This document shows positions 35,666 to 44,988 of a DNA stretch of 64,000 nt, piece after piece (positions within the stretch are counted from its first letter, which is position 1; each line of letters begins with the position of its first letter). The notes under the pieces are model-generated. The model was not told the DNA's origin. It was given only the letters and a program-made list of their open reading frames with translations, and ran no database searches. The position numbers were made by a program, and so were the translations under genes. The stretch is from a virus. Where the stretch lies: positions 24,173 through 88,172 of IMG/VR virus record IMGVR_UViG_3300005532_000007, one strand, 5' to 3'.

Positions 35666-36043
35666 TCAGTTGGAAGTCCCGGCCGAACTAGCAACATCAC
35701 TTGACCCGTCGTTGCGCGCTAGCCACGCCTCCAGCGCGCCGCGCACCGGCTCGTCCGGCACGATGCCTTGAGCCAGACGGGTCAACACCGACGCCGGCGC
35801 ACCCACGAGCCGGGCCAGCTCGCGCCACGTCACCCCGAGTTGGGTGCGGGCCGCGTCCAGTCGAGCGTAGAGATCCGCCGCGGCCGGGTGCGGCGGATGC
35901 AGAAGTTCGTGGTGGCGTTGCGCGGCGGCCACGATCTCGGCGAGCGCCGCGATGCCTTCCGCGGTCGGTTCCCGGTCGCCGCGCACGATGACGACCTGCC
36001 CGTCTGGCAGCTCGACTGGACGGCACTGGTCACGTCGTCGCAT
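35666..36043 (-). CDS. XRE-type HTH protein
   Basis: LYARLDAARTQLGVTWRELARLVGAPASVLTRLAQG..P. Confidence 0.7.
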   Translation of the reverse strand: MRRRDQCRPVELPDGQVVIVRGDREPTAEGIAALAEIVAAAQRHHELLHPPHPAAADLYARLDAARTQLGVTWRELARLVGAPASVLTRLAQGIVPDEPVRGALEAWLARNDGSSDVASSAGTSN

Positions 36044-36563
36044 GCGGCGGCTCCCAGGGTTGCGGCGTGAGGTCGGCGCGCAGGTACAGCGGATGCCGAG
36101 GCTGCCCCGCGCCGGTCAACGCCAGCGCGTGCAACCGGCCCGCACCCGGCGCCTTGCGGTGGATCTGAAGGAACCGCGCTATCCGATCCGGCCGAGCATG
36201 CGCACCCCACGCCACCACCACCTCGTGACCGGTCAGCGTCTCGCGCAGATGCTCGTCATTGTCCGGTCCTATCGGATCAGCCGCGCGCCACAGGTCGCTC
36301 GGCTCCGTCGCCCGGTACGCGTACAGGTTCACGACGATCAACCGGCTGAAACCCATGCGCCTGCTGAATCCGGTGATGCGCCGCAGCGTCGGGTCGTCCG
36401 TGTACGCGTCCGCGGTGGAGGGATTGAGCATCACCCAGGTGACGGTGAACCCGCCGGGCGCCCAGCGGCGTTCGAGCCGGTACCGGTAGAGGCCATCGTC
36501 GGAGATGACGGCGGTACGGTCGGCGCCGAACTCGTCGAGCGCGAGCGCGGTCTGCTCAGTCAC
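36030..36563 (-). CDS. DUF1643-family protein
   Basis: YRYRLERRW, VMLNPSTAD, NLYAYRAT, VVAWG and GQPRHPLY. Confidence 0.9.
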   Translation of the reverse strand: MTEQTALALDEFGADRTAVISDDGLYRYRLERRWAPGGFTVTWVMLNPSTADAYTDDPTLRRITGFSRRMGFSRLIVVNLYAYRATEPSDLWRAADPIGPDNDEHLRETLTGHEVVVAWGAHARPDRIARFLQIHRKAPGAGRLHALALTGAGQPRHPLYLRADLTPQPWEPPHATT

Positions 36564-37110
36564 CGAACACCTGCGCCCACGGGCACACAGTGCGCCGCAT
36601 CAACGTCCACCGCGACGCCTCCGCCTCGGTGACCGACAACACCACCTCGCGCGCATCACCCTCACAGTCCATCGGATGCAGGAACTCGCGGCCCATCACG
36701 GACGTGAACCGCACCGCCCACTCAAACTTGATCACGCCCGGGTCCGCAGTCTCGGGAATAACCGAACGCACCTCGCCGATCATCTCCCGGATCTGCTCCG
36801 CGCCCGTGACATCGCCGCTGTCCTCGCGGGCGTCTGCGTATCCGGCGAGGCCGTGCATGACTAGGGCGATCAGGCGTAGCCGTTCGTGCAGGTCGAGGGC
36901 GTCGTGTGATTCGTGGCGTAGGGTCAGGCCCGCGTTGTCGGCGGCGCGCAGCCAGTGCCGGGCTTCGGTGGTCGCTCGCTCGCGTTGGTACTCGTCGAGC
37001 GCCTCCCAGGGCGGGGCGGGAAATGTGTTGGCGCGTGAGGCGATGTGCTGGCGTGCCATGGCCAGGCGCACGGCTTGATCGCGTTCGGCGTCAGATGTGA
37101 AGTCAGGCAT
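36556..37110 (-). CDS. Hypothetical protein
   Basis: Overlapping ORF in the operon. Confidence 0.55.
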   Translation of the reverse strand: MPDFTSDAERDQAVRLAMARQHIASRANTFPAPPWEALDEYQRERATTEARHWLRAADNAGLTLRHESHDALDLHERLRLIALVMHGLAGYADAREDSGDVTGAEQIREMIGEVRSVIPETADPGVIKFEWAVRFTSVMGREFLHPMDCEGDAREVVLSVTEAEASRWTLMRRTVCPWAQVFGD

Positions 37111-37531
37111 CAGCGGCCTCGATCCCGGCGAGCACCCCGAGCTCACCCATCCCGTGTAGCCCGGCCAGATCCGTCACCATCATCGCGACGTGATGCGCAT
37201 AGTCCGAGAACCGCGTCGAGTCCAGCACCATCACGATGCTGCCCTCCCCGATCCAGCCCGGCCGCTTGACGTTCTTGGCCCACTCGGAACACTCGTCGTA
37301 CTGCTTGAACAGGGTCCAGCCGAGCGCGGTCAGGAACGCACGTATCCGCGCCGGGCTGTGGTGTTCGCGGCTGATGAACGGTTCCAGCGAGCGGGGCATG
37401 ACGCGCAGCCTGCGCGCGGCCTCGGCTTCGTTGCAGAGCGCCTCGAGAACGGGTGCCAGTTCGGCTGCGAGGCCGCCCTCGTCAGCGGCGGCGGTCTTAG
37501 CCAGGGCGCGTGCCTGGGTCAGGTCGATCAT
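37103..37531 (-). CDS. Hypothetical protein
   Basis: ATGA-coupled ORF. Confidence 0.55.
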   Translation of the reverse strand: MIDLTQARALAKTAAADEGGLAAELAPVLEALCNEAEAARRLRVMPRSLEPFISREHHSPARIRAFLTALGWTLFKQYDECSEWAKNVKRPGWIGEGSIVMVLDSTRFSDYAHHVAMMVTDLAGLHGMGELGVLAGIEAADA

Positions 37532-37920
37532 GACGGGTGCTCCTCGTCGCTCAGGGATTCGATCTGCTCCAGCAATCGCCGGCGCCCGTTGGCCCACCCG
37601 TTCGCGTATGCCTCGGTCGGGCTGGCCATGAGTAGAGTCACGGGGCCGCGCGCCAGCACGTCCTCCCAGTGAGGGTGCAGCGGCACCTCGTTCGGGCCCG
37701 GGCGGGGCGCGGGCCCGCGGTCTGTGAGCTTCTCCAACTCGCTGCGCGGATCGACCCACGCCTTCGGGCGGCCGAACTCGCCGCCGAGTGGATACCAATT
37801 CCCGATGTTCGCGCCCGAACGAACCCAGATCTCCTGCCGCCGATAGTCGCCCCAGTGTACGGCGACGATCGCGCCGGACTCCTGCGGCTCGTCCTCGCAG
37901 CCGACTGCTTCGGCGGTCAC
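37528..37920 (-). CDS. Hypothetical protein
   Basis: GAIVAVHWGDYRRQEIWVRSGANIGNWYPLGGE. Confidence 0.6.
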   Translation of the reverse strand: MTAEAVGCEDEPQESGAIVAVHWGDYRRQEIWVRSGANIGNWYPLGGEFGRPKAWVDPRSELEKLTDRGPAPRPGPNEVPLHPHWEDVLARGPVTLLMASPTEAYANGWANGRRRLLEQIESLSDEEHPS

Positions 37921-38480
37921 GTCAGAATCTCTTTCAGGTCGTCTCGGGTGATGTGCTGCCGCTGGTCGACGGCCCTTTGCCACGCCGCGCGCACTGCGGG
38001 CAGCAGCCCGAAGGCCACCGACTCCAGGCACCCGGCCGGCATGTCCGCGTCGGCCGCGATCCGCCGCTCGGCATGCGCTCAGTTGATCGGCCACTCGGAC
38101 TCGATGACCGAGGCGAGCGTCCCGTCCGGCGACCACAGAAGCCAGCCGCGCGAGAACTGCCCGGTCACCGCCGTCAGCATCGCGAGCACGTCCTCGGCCC
38201 GATCCGCGACCTGCTGGCAGAACTCCTCACCCAGCAGCAGGATCCGCGGCCCATCGCCGTAGGGAATCGTGCGGCGTCCGAGTTCCATCGGGTAGCCGCC
38301 ACTGTCCCCGTAGGCGACGATCCGCAGCGCGTCCTCGCAGGGCGCGAGCGCCACGGTGAGCGGTGTGGCGGGAGCGCCGGGTTCTACGAGCACGAACGGT
38401 TCGTCGGGGCAGCATTCGATCAGCGCCGTGCACACGCAGCGGGCGATCTCGTTGCCACGGATCTCGATGACGGCCATCAC
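37917..38480 (-). pseudogene. Gene interrupted by an in-frame TGA at 38079-38081
   Basis: The frame stays open about 53 codons past the TGA (AHAERRIAAD...KEILT*) and ends in a GTGA overlap with the next gene. Confidence 0.6.
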
Positions 38481-38857
38481 GTGCCCCTCTCGTTGAGCTC
38501 CGGGTAGCCCTCGTGGCGCAGCCAGCGGGACACCGCCGCGCGGCGCGCCTTGGCCTGCTCGTACGCCTCACGGTCGATGGTGCGGCCGGCGAAGAAGTCG
38601 TTGTGGAACGTGTCGACGCCGCCGGCGTGCAGTTCGATCGACCACACGTCCAGATCGGGTAGGCGCTGGCCGTCGTGGAACGCGGCGAGGGCCGTGGAGG
38701 CTTTGGCCATGGCGCTGTCGAACGCGGCCTGGGCCTTGGCGAGTTCAGCGTGCGCCGTTTCCATCTGGGCTGTGTAGTAGCCCTCGATTTCTTCGCGGGC
38801 GATCTGCTCGTCGTCGGGCTGCATCGGCTCGAGCTTCGGGCGTTTCGCGGCCATCAC
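38477..38857 (-). CDS. Hypothetical protein
   Basis: Coupled ORF. Confidence 0.55.
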   Translation of the reverse strand: MMAAKRPKLEPMQPDDEQIAREEIEGYYTAQMETAHAELAKAQAAFDSAMAKASTALAAFHDGQRLPDLDVWSIELHAGGVDTFHNDFFAGRTIDREAYEQAKARRAAVSRWLRHEGYPELNERGT

Positions 38858-38996
38858 ACGCCTCCGATCCGGATCTCGGCTGCGGTCAGCGGCGGGTCAA
38901 TCCGGATCTCGCCGCTGTAACGGTTCTCGTAGCTCACGGTGCTCCTTCGGTTTGGGCCGCGCGCGCTTCGGGTGGTGGACCGAGCGCGCACGGAGA

Positions 38997-39302
38997 TCAG
39001 TGGGTAGCGGGGTCGAACTCGACCACGAGCGGGGCGAGGCGACGCGCCACCTGCTGCACCCCGGCATCGGCCAGCGCGTCCAGCACCGCGGACAGGACCG
39101 CGTCGTACAGGCCGGGTGGCACCTCGCACGTGACGCCCTCGCCGTGGCAGCGCGCGCACGGCCGGGACGCGTACGGCTCCAGGACACGGGCCTGCGTGCG
39201 GTGGCCGTTGCAGCTGCGGCAGGTCGCGATCTGGATCTCGTTCTGCAGGTCCACGATCGCGCTGGCGAGGTCCACGACGCTCGGAGTTGTCTCGGCCATC
39301 AC
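38997..39302 (-). CDS. DnaJ-type Zn-finger small protein
   Basis: CRSCNG...CARCHGEG. Confidence 0.55.
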   Translation of the reverse strand: MMAETTPSVVDLASAIVDLQNEIQIATCRSCNGHRTQARVLEPYASRPCARCHGEGVTCEVPPGLYDAVLSAVLDALADAGVQQVARRLAPLVVEFDPATH

Positions 39303-39907
39303 GCGATCAGTTCGCTCGCGTGCATCGCCGTGACCACCGCGCCGTCACGCCACACCAGCCGCAGCGGACCGAACGAGTCGTAAGCGCGCTCGGCGGCCAT
39401 ACCGTCGCCACCGACGTAGAGGTGTCCGCCAGCGCCACAAACCAGCGGCTGCGGGATCGACTTCTCGAGGTTGCCGAGCCACACGTCGCCGACCTGCGGC
39501 GGCCAGAACGTCGACCTCGGGTCAGGCTCGGGTGGCGTAGGCTCGGCGCCCTTCGGCGCGAGCAGCTCCAGCGCGCCCTCCACGGTCTCGGCGTGCGGGA
39601 TCGCCTTATGCACGCCCGTGACCCGCAGCGATTTCCCGGGGCGGCTGTCGAGGTCTACGAGGAGGGCCAGCCGGCCGCCGTGCGCTACCGCGCGCTTGGC
39701 TGCGCCGACGATCACGCCGAGGCCCGTCGAGTCGAGCAGGTCCACGCCGCGCAGGTCGATCACCTGCCGGTATCGGGCCTCGTTGATCAGGCCGATCAGC
39801 TTGCTGCGCAGTTCGGGCGCGGCGTACACGTCACACTGCCCGATGACGGTGACCACGGCGGTGCCCGGTTCGGGCCGGTCGATGGTGATTGTGACGTCGG
39901 CGGCCAT
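39299..39907 (-). CDS. BldG/RsbV-like anti-sigma antagonist (STAS) with C-terminal phage extension
   Basis: GQCDVYAAPELR...IDLRGVDLLDSTGLGVIVG with intact DSTG phospho-Ser. Confidence 0.85.
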   Translation of the reverse strand: MAADVTITIDRPEPGTAVVTVIGQCDVYAAPELRSKLIGLINEARYRQVIDLRGVDLLDSTGLGVIVGAAKRAVAHGGRLALLVDLDSRPGKSLRVTGVHKAIPHAETVEGALELLAPKGAEPTPPEPDPRSTFWPPQVGDVWLGNLEKSIPQPLVCGAGGHLYVGGDGMAAERAYDSFGPLRLVWRDGAVVTAMHASELIA

Positions 39908-39908
39908 C

Positions 39909-40181
39909 TCAGGCTCCTTCGATTTCAGTCTTGTTGGCGAGCTCGGCACGGCCCGCGTCGGTGATCGCTGCGTACACGACCAGGCCGCGCGCCTCGCCCT
40001 CCACGACCAGGCCGCCCGCAATCAGGGCACGCATCTGCGGCGTCACGAGGGCGCGGTAGCCGCGTCGGCCGGGCGCGGACCACTTCGAGATCGGGTCGTT
40101 GTAGCGGTAGACCTCGCCGCAGGCGACGCCGGACAGGACCTCGCGGCGAGATAGGGGCGCCTGCGGCGGATTCACGGCCAC
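39909..40181 (-). CDS. Hypothetical protein (winged-helix-like end)
   Basis: RALIAGGLV...AITDAGRAELA. Confidence 0.5.
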   Translation of the reverse strand: MAVNPPQAPLSRREVLSGVACGEVYRYNDPISKWSAPGRRGYRALVTPQMRALIAGGLVVEGEARGLVVYAAITDAGRAELANKTEIEGA

Positions 40182-40183
40182 GG

Positions 40184-40960
40184 TCAGGCTCCGTTCGGGG
40201 TCAGGTCGATCACGAGGGCGGTCGCGTTGTCCGCCTTCTCGCCCGCAGCCCGGGCGGCACGCACCGCGCGGAAGGTCAGCCGCCGGGCGCAGGTCGAGGC
40301 GTCCGACGTGTTCGCTAACGTGCTGCGGATGTCCTCGTCCGTGAGCGGCCCGCACACCCCGTCCGTGCACAACAGGACCCGCGCGAACGTGTTGAACGGC
40401 GAGCCGGGCAACGGCTGCGCGACCTGCGGGGTGTGCGGGACGCAGTTGCCCAACGCGCTGCCGTGCCGGTGATCCAGCGGCCCGAGCAGGCAGCGCGTGA
40501 GCTGCCACGGCAGGCCCCACTGGCCGAGGTTGTGATCCTCCGTCAACTGGTGCAGCGCCCCGTCAGCGGTGAGCGCGTAGGCGCGGGAGTCCCCGATCCA
40601 CGCGACCCACAGCGATGCGGCGTTGAAGTAGGCGAGCACGAGTGTCGTGTTGTCGTTCGGGCCGCGCCGCAAGTGGCGCTGGTCGATGATTTCGCGGGCG
40701 GCGTCGACCGCCCGGTCGAGGTGCTCGGCGCCGTAGGTGGACGCGATGCTGACCGCGAGCCTCACGGCGTCGCGCGAGATGCGCCCGGACCCGGCGCCCG
40801 ATCCGCAGCCGTCAGCTATCGCGGCGACGATCGCGGGCAGGCCCGTGTCCGGGTCGATGGTGCGCGTCCAGTCGCAGGCGTCTTGCTGGTAGGCGCGGTC
40901 GCCCTTCAGGGTGCGGTTCTCGACGGGCGCGAAGGTCAGATCGCGAACGGTCGTGGTCAT
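40184..40960 (-). CDS. PP2C-family Ser/Thr protein phosphatase
   Basis: R..QQDA, IADGCG, TTLV, WIGDSRAY, LTEDHN, LCTDG and DNAT motifs all present. Confidence 0.9.
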   Translation of the reverse strand: MTTTVRDLTFAPVENRTLKGDRAYQQDACDWTRTIDPDTGLPAIVAAIADGCGSGAGSGRISRDAVRLAVSIASTYGAEHLDRAVDAAREIIDQRHLRRGPNDNTTLVLAYFNAASLWVAWIGDSRAYALTADGALHQLTEDHNLGQWGLPWQLTRCLLGPLDHRHGSALGNCVPHTPQVAQPLPGSPFNTFARVLLCTDGVCGPLTDEDIRSTLANTSDASTCARRLTFRAVRAARAAGEKADNATALVIDLTPNGA

Positions 40961-40963
40961 GGA

Positions 40964-41161
40964 TCAGCCTTCCTTGACGTGCAGTTCGACGCGCCCGTAA
41001 CGGCGCCTCAGGACGTCTCGCAGGGTCCGGATGCTCGTGTTGTCGAAGCGTGTGCCATCGGGACCGGTGCACTCGTAGTACGGAGTGCTGCGACGCGTCA
41101 GATCGCTGTAGATCCGCGACTTCGCGACCTCGATCCGGACCGCGGGGGCGTTGGAGTTGGT
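40964..41161 (-). other. 65-codon open frame without a start codon, in frame directly after the TAG of the upstream gene
   Basis: GGAGG-TCGCC-TAG-ACC AAC...GGC TGA; TNSNAPAVRIEVAKSRIY... Confidence 0.5.
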
Positions 41162-41707
41162 CTAGGCGACCTCCACGAGCGCGGAAGTGGCGTGGTAGCC
41201 ACGCGCCGTGGACTCGAGCAGCCCGCGGTCCGCGTACGCGAACACCCGCATCAGCTGCCCGCGCACCAGTGCCAGGCCGTTGCGGGTCGGCTCGCTGCCG
41301 GTCGCCGCCCGGTAGGCCTGCGCGACCTTGCGACCGAACGCGGACGCGTACCGGCGGATCGTCTCGGCGTCGGCGCCGACGGAGGTCAGGTAGTCGGCGG
41401 TGGTCTTGCCGGCGTTGCGGTAGGCGAGCATGGCGCGCTGGTGCAGGGTGCCGACCTTGCCACTGCGGCGGCGGGGCTGCTTAGGCAGGTGGTCCTGCGG
41501 CTTCGGGCGCGCCGGGGTTGCAGCGGCGGTGGCGTTGACCAAGCGCACCTCGGCGACCTGGGCACGCTCCACGATCAGGCCGCGCTCATCGTATGCGTAG
41601 GTGGCGTTCCCGTTGAGCGGAGTGAGCGAGTAGCGGATCTCGCTGGCGTGGAAGGTCTTGACGTCGCCGTTTGTGAAGCTGATCTGTACGGCGTTCGTGG
41701 CTTTCAT
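41162..41707 (-). CDS. Hypothetical protein
   Basis: AAGGAGG RBS; RYASAFGRKVAQAYRAATG.EP motif. Confidence 0.65.
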   Translation of the reverse strand: MKATNAVQISFTNGDVKTFHASEIRYSLTPLNGNATYAYDERGLIVERAQVAEVRLVNATAAATPARPKPQDHLPKQPRRRSGKVGTLHQRAMLAYRNAGKTTADYLTSVGADAETIRRYASAFGRKVAQAYRAATGSEPTRNGLALVRGQLMRVFAYADRGLLESTARGYHATSALVEVA

Positions 41708-41744
41708 CGGGTCCCCTCCTTGCCGGAGCACCTTGCTCCGCGAT

Positions 41745-41812
41745 GCCAACTCTATTGGCAAACAGAGTTGGCCGCAACCCGTTTGGCCTATGCACTTGGC
41801 CGCACGTCTGGC
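41745..41812. promoter_or_regulatory. Operator array between divergent genes
   Basis: GCCAACTCT-N10-AGAGTTGGC inverted repeat plus further TTGGC copies. Confidence 0.55.
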
Positions 41813-41824
41813 ATGATTGCCGCC

Positions 41825-42079
41825 ATGAGCGACGATCTGCGCGACGAAATGGACGACCTCGGCGCCACCTACAAACGCGCCAAGCGCCGATACCGCGACG
41901 CCCAGAAGAAGCTGGTCGACCGCATCCCGGCGTGGGTCGAAGGCGGCATCAAACAGCACGAGATCGTCGAAGCCACCGGCCTGACCCGCGAGTACATCCG
42001 GCAGGTCGTCATCAAGGCCGGCGACCGGCAGCTCGAACAAATCGAGCGGGATCTCGCCGCGCTGGGCGACGCCGACTGA
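41825..42079 (+). CDS. Small HTH regulator
   Basis: GIKQHEIVEATGLTREYIRQV. Confidence 0.7.
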   Translation: MSDDLRDEMDDLGATYKRAKRRYRDAQKKLVDRIPAWVEGGIKQHEIVEATGLTREYIRQVVIKAGDRQLEQIERDLAALGDAD

Positions 42080-42084
42080 CCCGT

Positions 42085-42493
42085 TCACCGCCGTATCCCG
42101 GCGAGCATGAGCACGACCGTGAACAGGCCGGTGAACGCGAACCAGCCGACGACCGCGCCGACGACACGCAGCACGCCGAGCGGCCACGGCTCGCGACGTG
42201 GAGCGCACCGGCGGCTCATCGGATCGCTCCCGCGCCGACCATCGCCCCGAGCGTGACCGCGACGCCGAGCGTGAACGGGAACGCGACGAACCAGCCGATC
42301 AGCTTGCGCACATTCGCCGCGTGAACGAGCGCGGCCTCGTCCCGACCTTCGAGCGGTCGGCCGCAGCGCCGGCAGCGACGCGTCACCGTCCCGTCCCCTT
42401 CGCCGCGGCCAGCAGCAACCACGCCCACATCCCGACCCCGACACCACCACACACACCCAGCACCAGTCGGCCAGCCACATACACGCCGCTCAC
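42085..42493 (-). other. Three consecutive tiny TM-peptide ORFs (42383-42493, 42216-42386, 42085-42219)
   Basis: Each has one hydrophobic helix; linked by GTGA/ATGA overlaps. Confidence 0.45.
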
Positions 42494-43002
42494 GGCGCAC
42501 CCACCCACTCCCCTGGCGGCGCGACCCGTTCCACGGTCTGCGGCGGTGTCGCCTCACCAACCGCCCCAGCCGCCACCGCGGCCCAGCGACCACCCAGCGC
42601 CGCCAACGCCTCCGCGCCGAACCGCGTCGCAGCCCTCACCTGACCCGACGTCAGCGCCAGCGCACACGCCTCCAGCAACTCCAAGGCGTCCGCCGGGACA
42701 GCGACCGCCCCGACACCCGGCCGCATCCGCGTCCGGCCCGGATGCCCCTCCTTCACCTTCGCCGCGCCCCGCACCGGAGTCGGCAGAACATGCCGCCGAT
42801 GCGCCAGCGACACCGCGTGAGGCGCGTTCTCCGCGCCGAGCTTCACGAAGATCCGCCGCAGATGGGTTTTCACCGTCGTCGGCTCGATCCCGAGGCGTCT
42901 CGCGGCTTCCTCGTTCGTCATGCCGGCCGCGACGAACGCGAGCACGTCGACTTCACGGCGGGTAAGCGGGTCACCGAACTGCGCTGCGGCGCCGAAGCTC
43001 AT
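42490..43002 (-). CDS. LuxR-type HTH regulator (no receiver)
   Basis: LTRREVDVLAFVAAGMTNEEAARRLGIEPTTVKTHLRRIFVKLGA. Confidence 0.85.
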   Translation of the reverse strand: MSFGAAAQFGDPLTRREVDVLAFVAAGMTNEEAARRLGIEPTTVKTHLRRIFVKLGAENAPHAVSLAHRRHVLPTPVRGAAKVKEGHPGRTRMRPGVGAVAVPADALELLEACALALTSGQVRAATRFGAEALAALGGRWAAVAAGAVGEATPPQTVERVAPPGEWVGAP

Positions 43003-43409
43003 CGTGGCTCTCCGATCATGGGCAGGATCCCGATCTCGTGCGCGGTCCGGATCGCCTGCACGCGGTTGTGCGCGCCGAGCAGCCGGTACAGCCGCGCGAT
43101 GCGGGAGCCGGCCGCGGCGGGGCTGATGCCGAGCTGTGCGGCGATCTGGTCGCGGTGCAGACCCTGGGCGAGCAGCGGCAGGAGCCGGGCGAGGTGCGCG
43201 GGGACGTCGGCGGCGTGCGGTGGGATGGTGATGCCGAACGCGTCCGCGAGGGTTTCGGCGTTGAGGCGTAGGGGTGCGCCGGGCCGGGATGATGCCCTGG
43301 GGGCGCACAGCGCGTCGCTGAGCGCGTTCAGGACGGCTTTGCGGCTCCGGGTAGGGGCGGGGCGTGTTCGGGCCGCAGCGTGGCGCTGTGGGGCTGTGCG
43401 GGCGTTCAC
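42999..43409 (-). CDS. LuxR-type HTH regulator (no receiver)
   Basis: LLPLLAQGLHRDQIAAQLGIS...RLYRLLGAHNRVQAI. Confidence 0.75.
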   Translation of the reverse strand: MNARTAPQRHAAARTRPAPTRSRKAVLNALSDALCAPRASSRPGAPLRLNAETLADAFGITIPPHAADVPAHLARLLPLLAQGLHRDQIAAQLGISPAAAGSRIARLYRLLGAHNRVQAIRTAHEIGILPMIGEPR

Positions 43410-44167
43410 GCGACACCACCGAGATCCAGGACGCCCTGCGACAGGCGCTGCGCAGCGGCGCGCGCGTAAGGGTGGAACCGTTCGATACCGATCGCGCGAC
43501 GACCGGTCAGACGGGCAGCCTCCAGGGTCGAGCCGGACCCGGCCATCGGATCGAGCACGACGCCCCCCGCCGGGCAGCCGTACTCGATCAGTCGCTGCAG
43601 GATCGGCAGCGGTTTCTCGGTCGGGTGGATCGCGACGCCGCGTAGGTTCTTCGCGAACATCACGCTGGTGACCATCCGCGTCCCGTCGTCCACCCACGTG
43701 TTGCGGCGCAGACCCCCGTAGTGCGGCACCCTGTTCGCGCCGCCGCGCACGGCGCCCTGGTCCGGCCCGTCGTTCGGCTGACGCGGCGCTTCATGGTGGA
43801 TCTGCGCCCATGGGCCGCGGTACCAGTGCAGGGCATGCTCGTGAACGCGCCGGAACCGGTCGGCCTGGAAGCCTGTGCCGTTGTTCTTCTGCCAGATCAC
43901 GTCCTGCGAGAGCTGCCAGCCCGCAGCGGTGAACTCGTCGCGGCGTTCCAGGAACATGCGCATCGAGCCGAAGCACCACATGGAGCGCGTGACCTTCGCG
44001 ATCTCGGTAGGCCAGCCGTCGGGCCACTGGTCCCATTCGAGGGATGTCTCGGCGTAGGGCGGGTCGCAGACGGCGAGGTCGAGGTGCTGGTCAGCGAGCA
44101 GCGGCAGCACGTCCTCGAATCGGGCGTGGTAGAGGGTTACCTGGCCGTCGTCGAACAGGGGCTTCAT
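43406..44167 (-). CDS. Site-specific DNA methyltransferase (N4-C/N6-A, beta class)
   Basis: CDPPY, IWQK, HPTEKP, VLDPMAGSGST and AIGIE. Confidence 0.92.
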   Translation of the reverse strand: MKPLFDDGQVTLYHARFEDVLPLLADQHLDLAVCDPPYAETSLEWDQWPDGWPTEIAKVTRSMWCFGSMRMFLERRDEFTAAGWQLSQDVIWQKNNGTGFQADRFRRVHEHALHWYRGPWAQIHHEAPRQPNDGPDQGAVRGGANRVPHYGGLRRNTWVDDGTRMVTSVMFAKNLRGVAIHPTEKPLPILQRLIEYGCPAGGVVLDPMAGSGSTLEAARLTGRRAIGIERFHPYARAAAQRLSQGVLDLGGVA

Positions 44168-44988
44168 GCGGCACCTGCTTCGAAATCGAGCACGCCCTGC
44201 GCGCCGAGCGGACGGTTGGACCACAGCACTTCGACGCGTGCCTGCTCGCCCGACCGGCCGTTACCGGTGGACGCGGCGGTCTGCTCGCGGTACCAGCCGT
44301 CGTACAGCTCGTCGTAGAGCGGCGAGGGGTATCCGGACAGGACGACCGCAGCCGCGCAGTCCCACAGCGCTTCGGCCAGCGCGCGATGGTCTGCCTCGTC
44401 GCGCATCTCGTGCTCGTACCGGTTGGAGTGGGTGCGCAGGTCGCCCGGGTAGGGCGGGTCAACGTACAGCAGGCAGCCGGGACGGGAGCCGTAGGCCGCG
44501 ATCACTTCGAGTGCGGGCCGGCATTCGAGCGAGACGCGCATGAGGCGTTCGGCGCCGGCGGCGAGGCGGGAGCGGTAGCCGTCGAGGTAGGCCGGCATGG
44601 AGGTGCATGAGGTGGGTTCGACGTAGTGCCGCCAGCCGGTTTTGCGGGGGCTTCCGCCGCGGGATTGGGTCAGGCGCACCCAGACGCGACGGGCGAGTTC
44701 GAGTTCGTCATCTGTGTCCTGCCATGCGGCGTCGAACTCGGCTCGGGAGTGTGGGGTGAGCACGGCCGCGCGGATCAGCTCGTCGGGGCGGTCGCGCAGG
44801 ATCCGCCAGAAGGTCACCAGTTTGCGGTCAAGGTCGTTGACGGTCTCCATGCGAGACGGCGGTTTGGCCATCAGCACCGTGAGCGAGCCGCAGTACGGCT
44901 CGACGTAGTGCTCATGCGGGGGCAGCAGGGAGACGATCCATGGCGCGATGGTCTGCTTGCTGCCGAAGTACGGGATCGGGGGCCTCAT
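44164..44988 (-). CDS. DNA adenine methylase (Dam/D12 class)
   Basis: YFGSKQ, YVEPYCGS, VNDLD, YVDPPY, LSGY and EVLWSN. Confidence 0.92.
   Translation of the reverse strand: MRPPIPYFGSKQTIAPWIVSLLPPHEHYVEPYCGSLTVLMAKPPSRMETVNDLDRKLVTFWRILRDRPDELIRAAVLTPHSRAEFDAAWQDTDDELELARRVWVRLTQSRGGSPRKTGWRHYVEPTSCTSMPAYLDGYRSRLAAGAERLMRVSLECRPALEVIAAYGSRPGCLLYVDPPYPGDLRTHSNRYEHEMRDEADHRALAEALWDCAAAVVLSGYPSPLYDELYDGWYREQTAASTGNGRSGEQARVEVLWSNRPLGAQGVLDFEAGAA

Noticed and set aside
40433-41824. Long + strand ORF and similar Arg/Pro/Ala-rich overlapping ORFs throughout the window
   Set aside because: Typical high-GC shadow frames opposite genes with recognisable motifs
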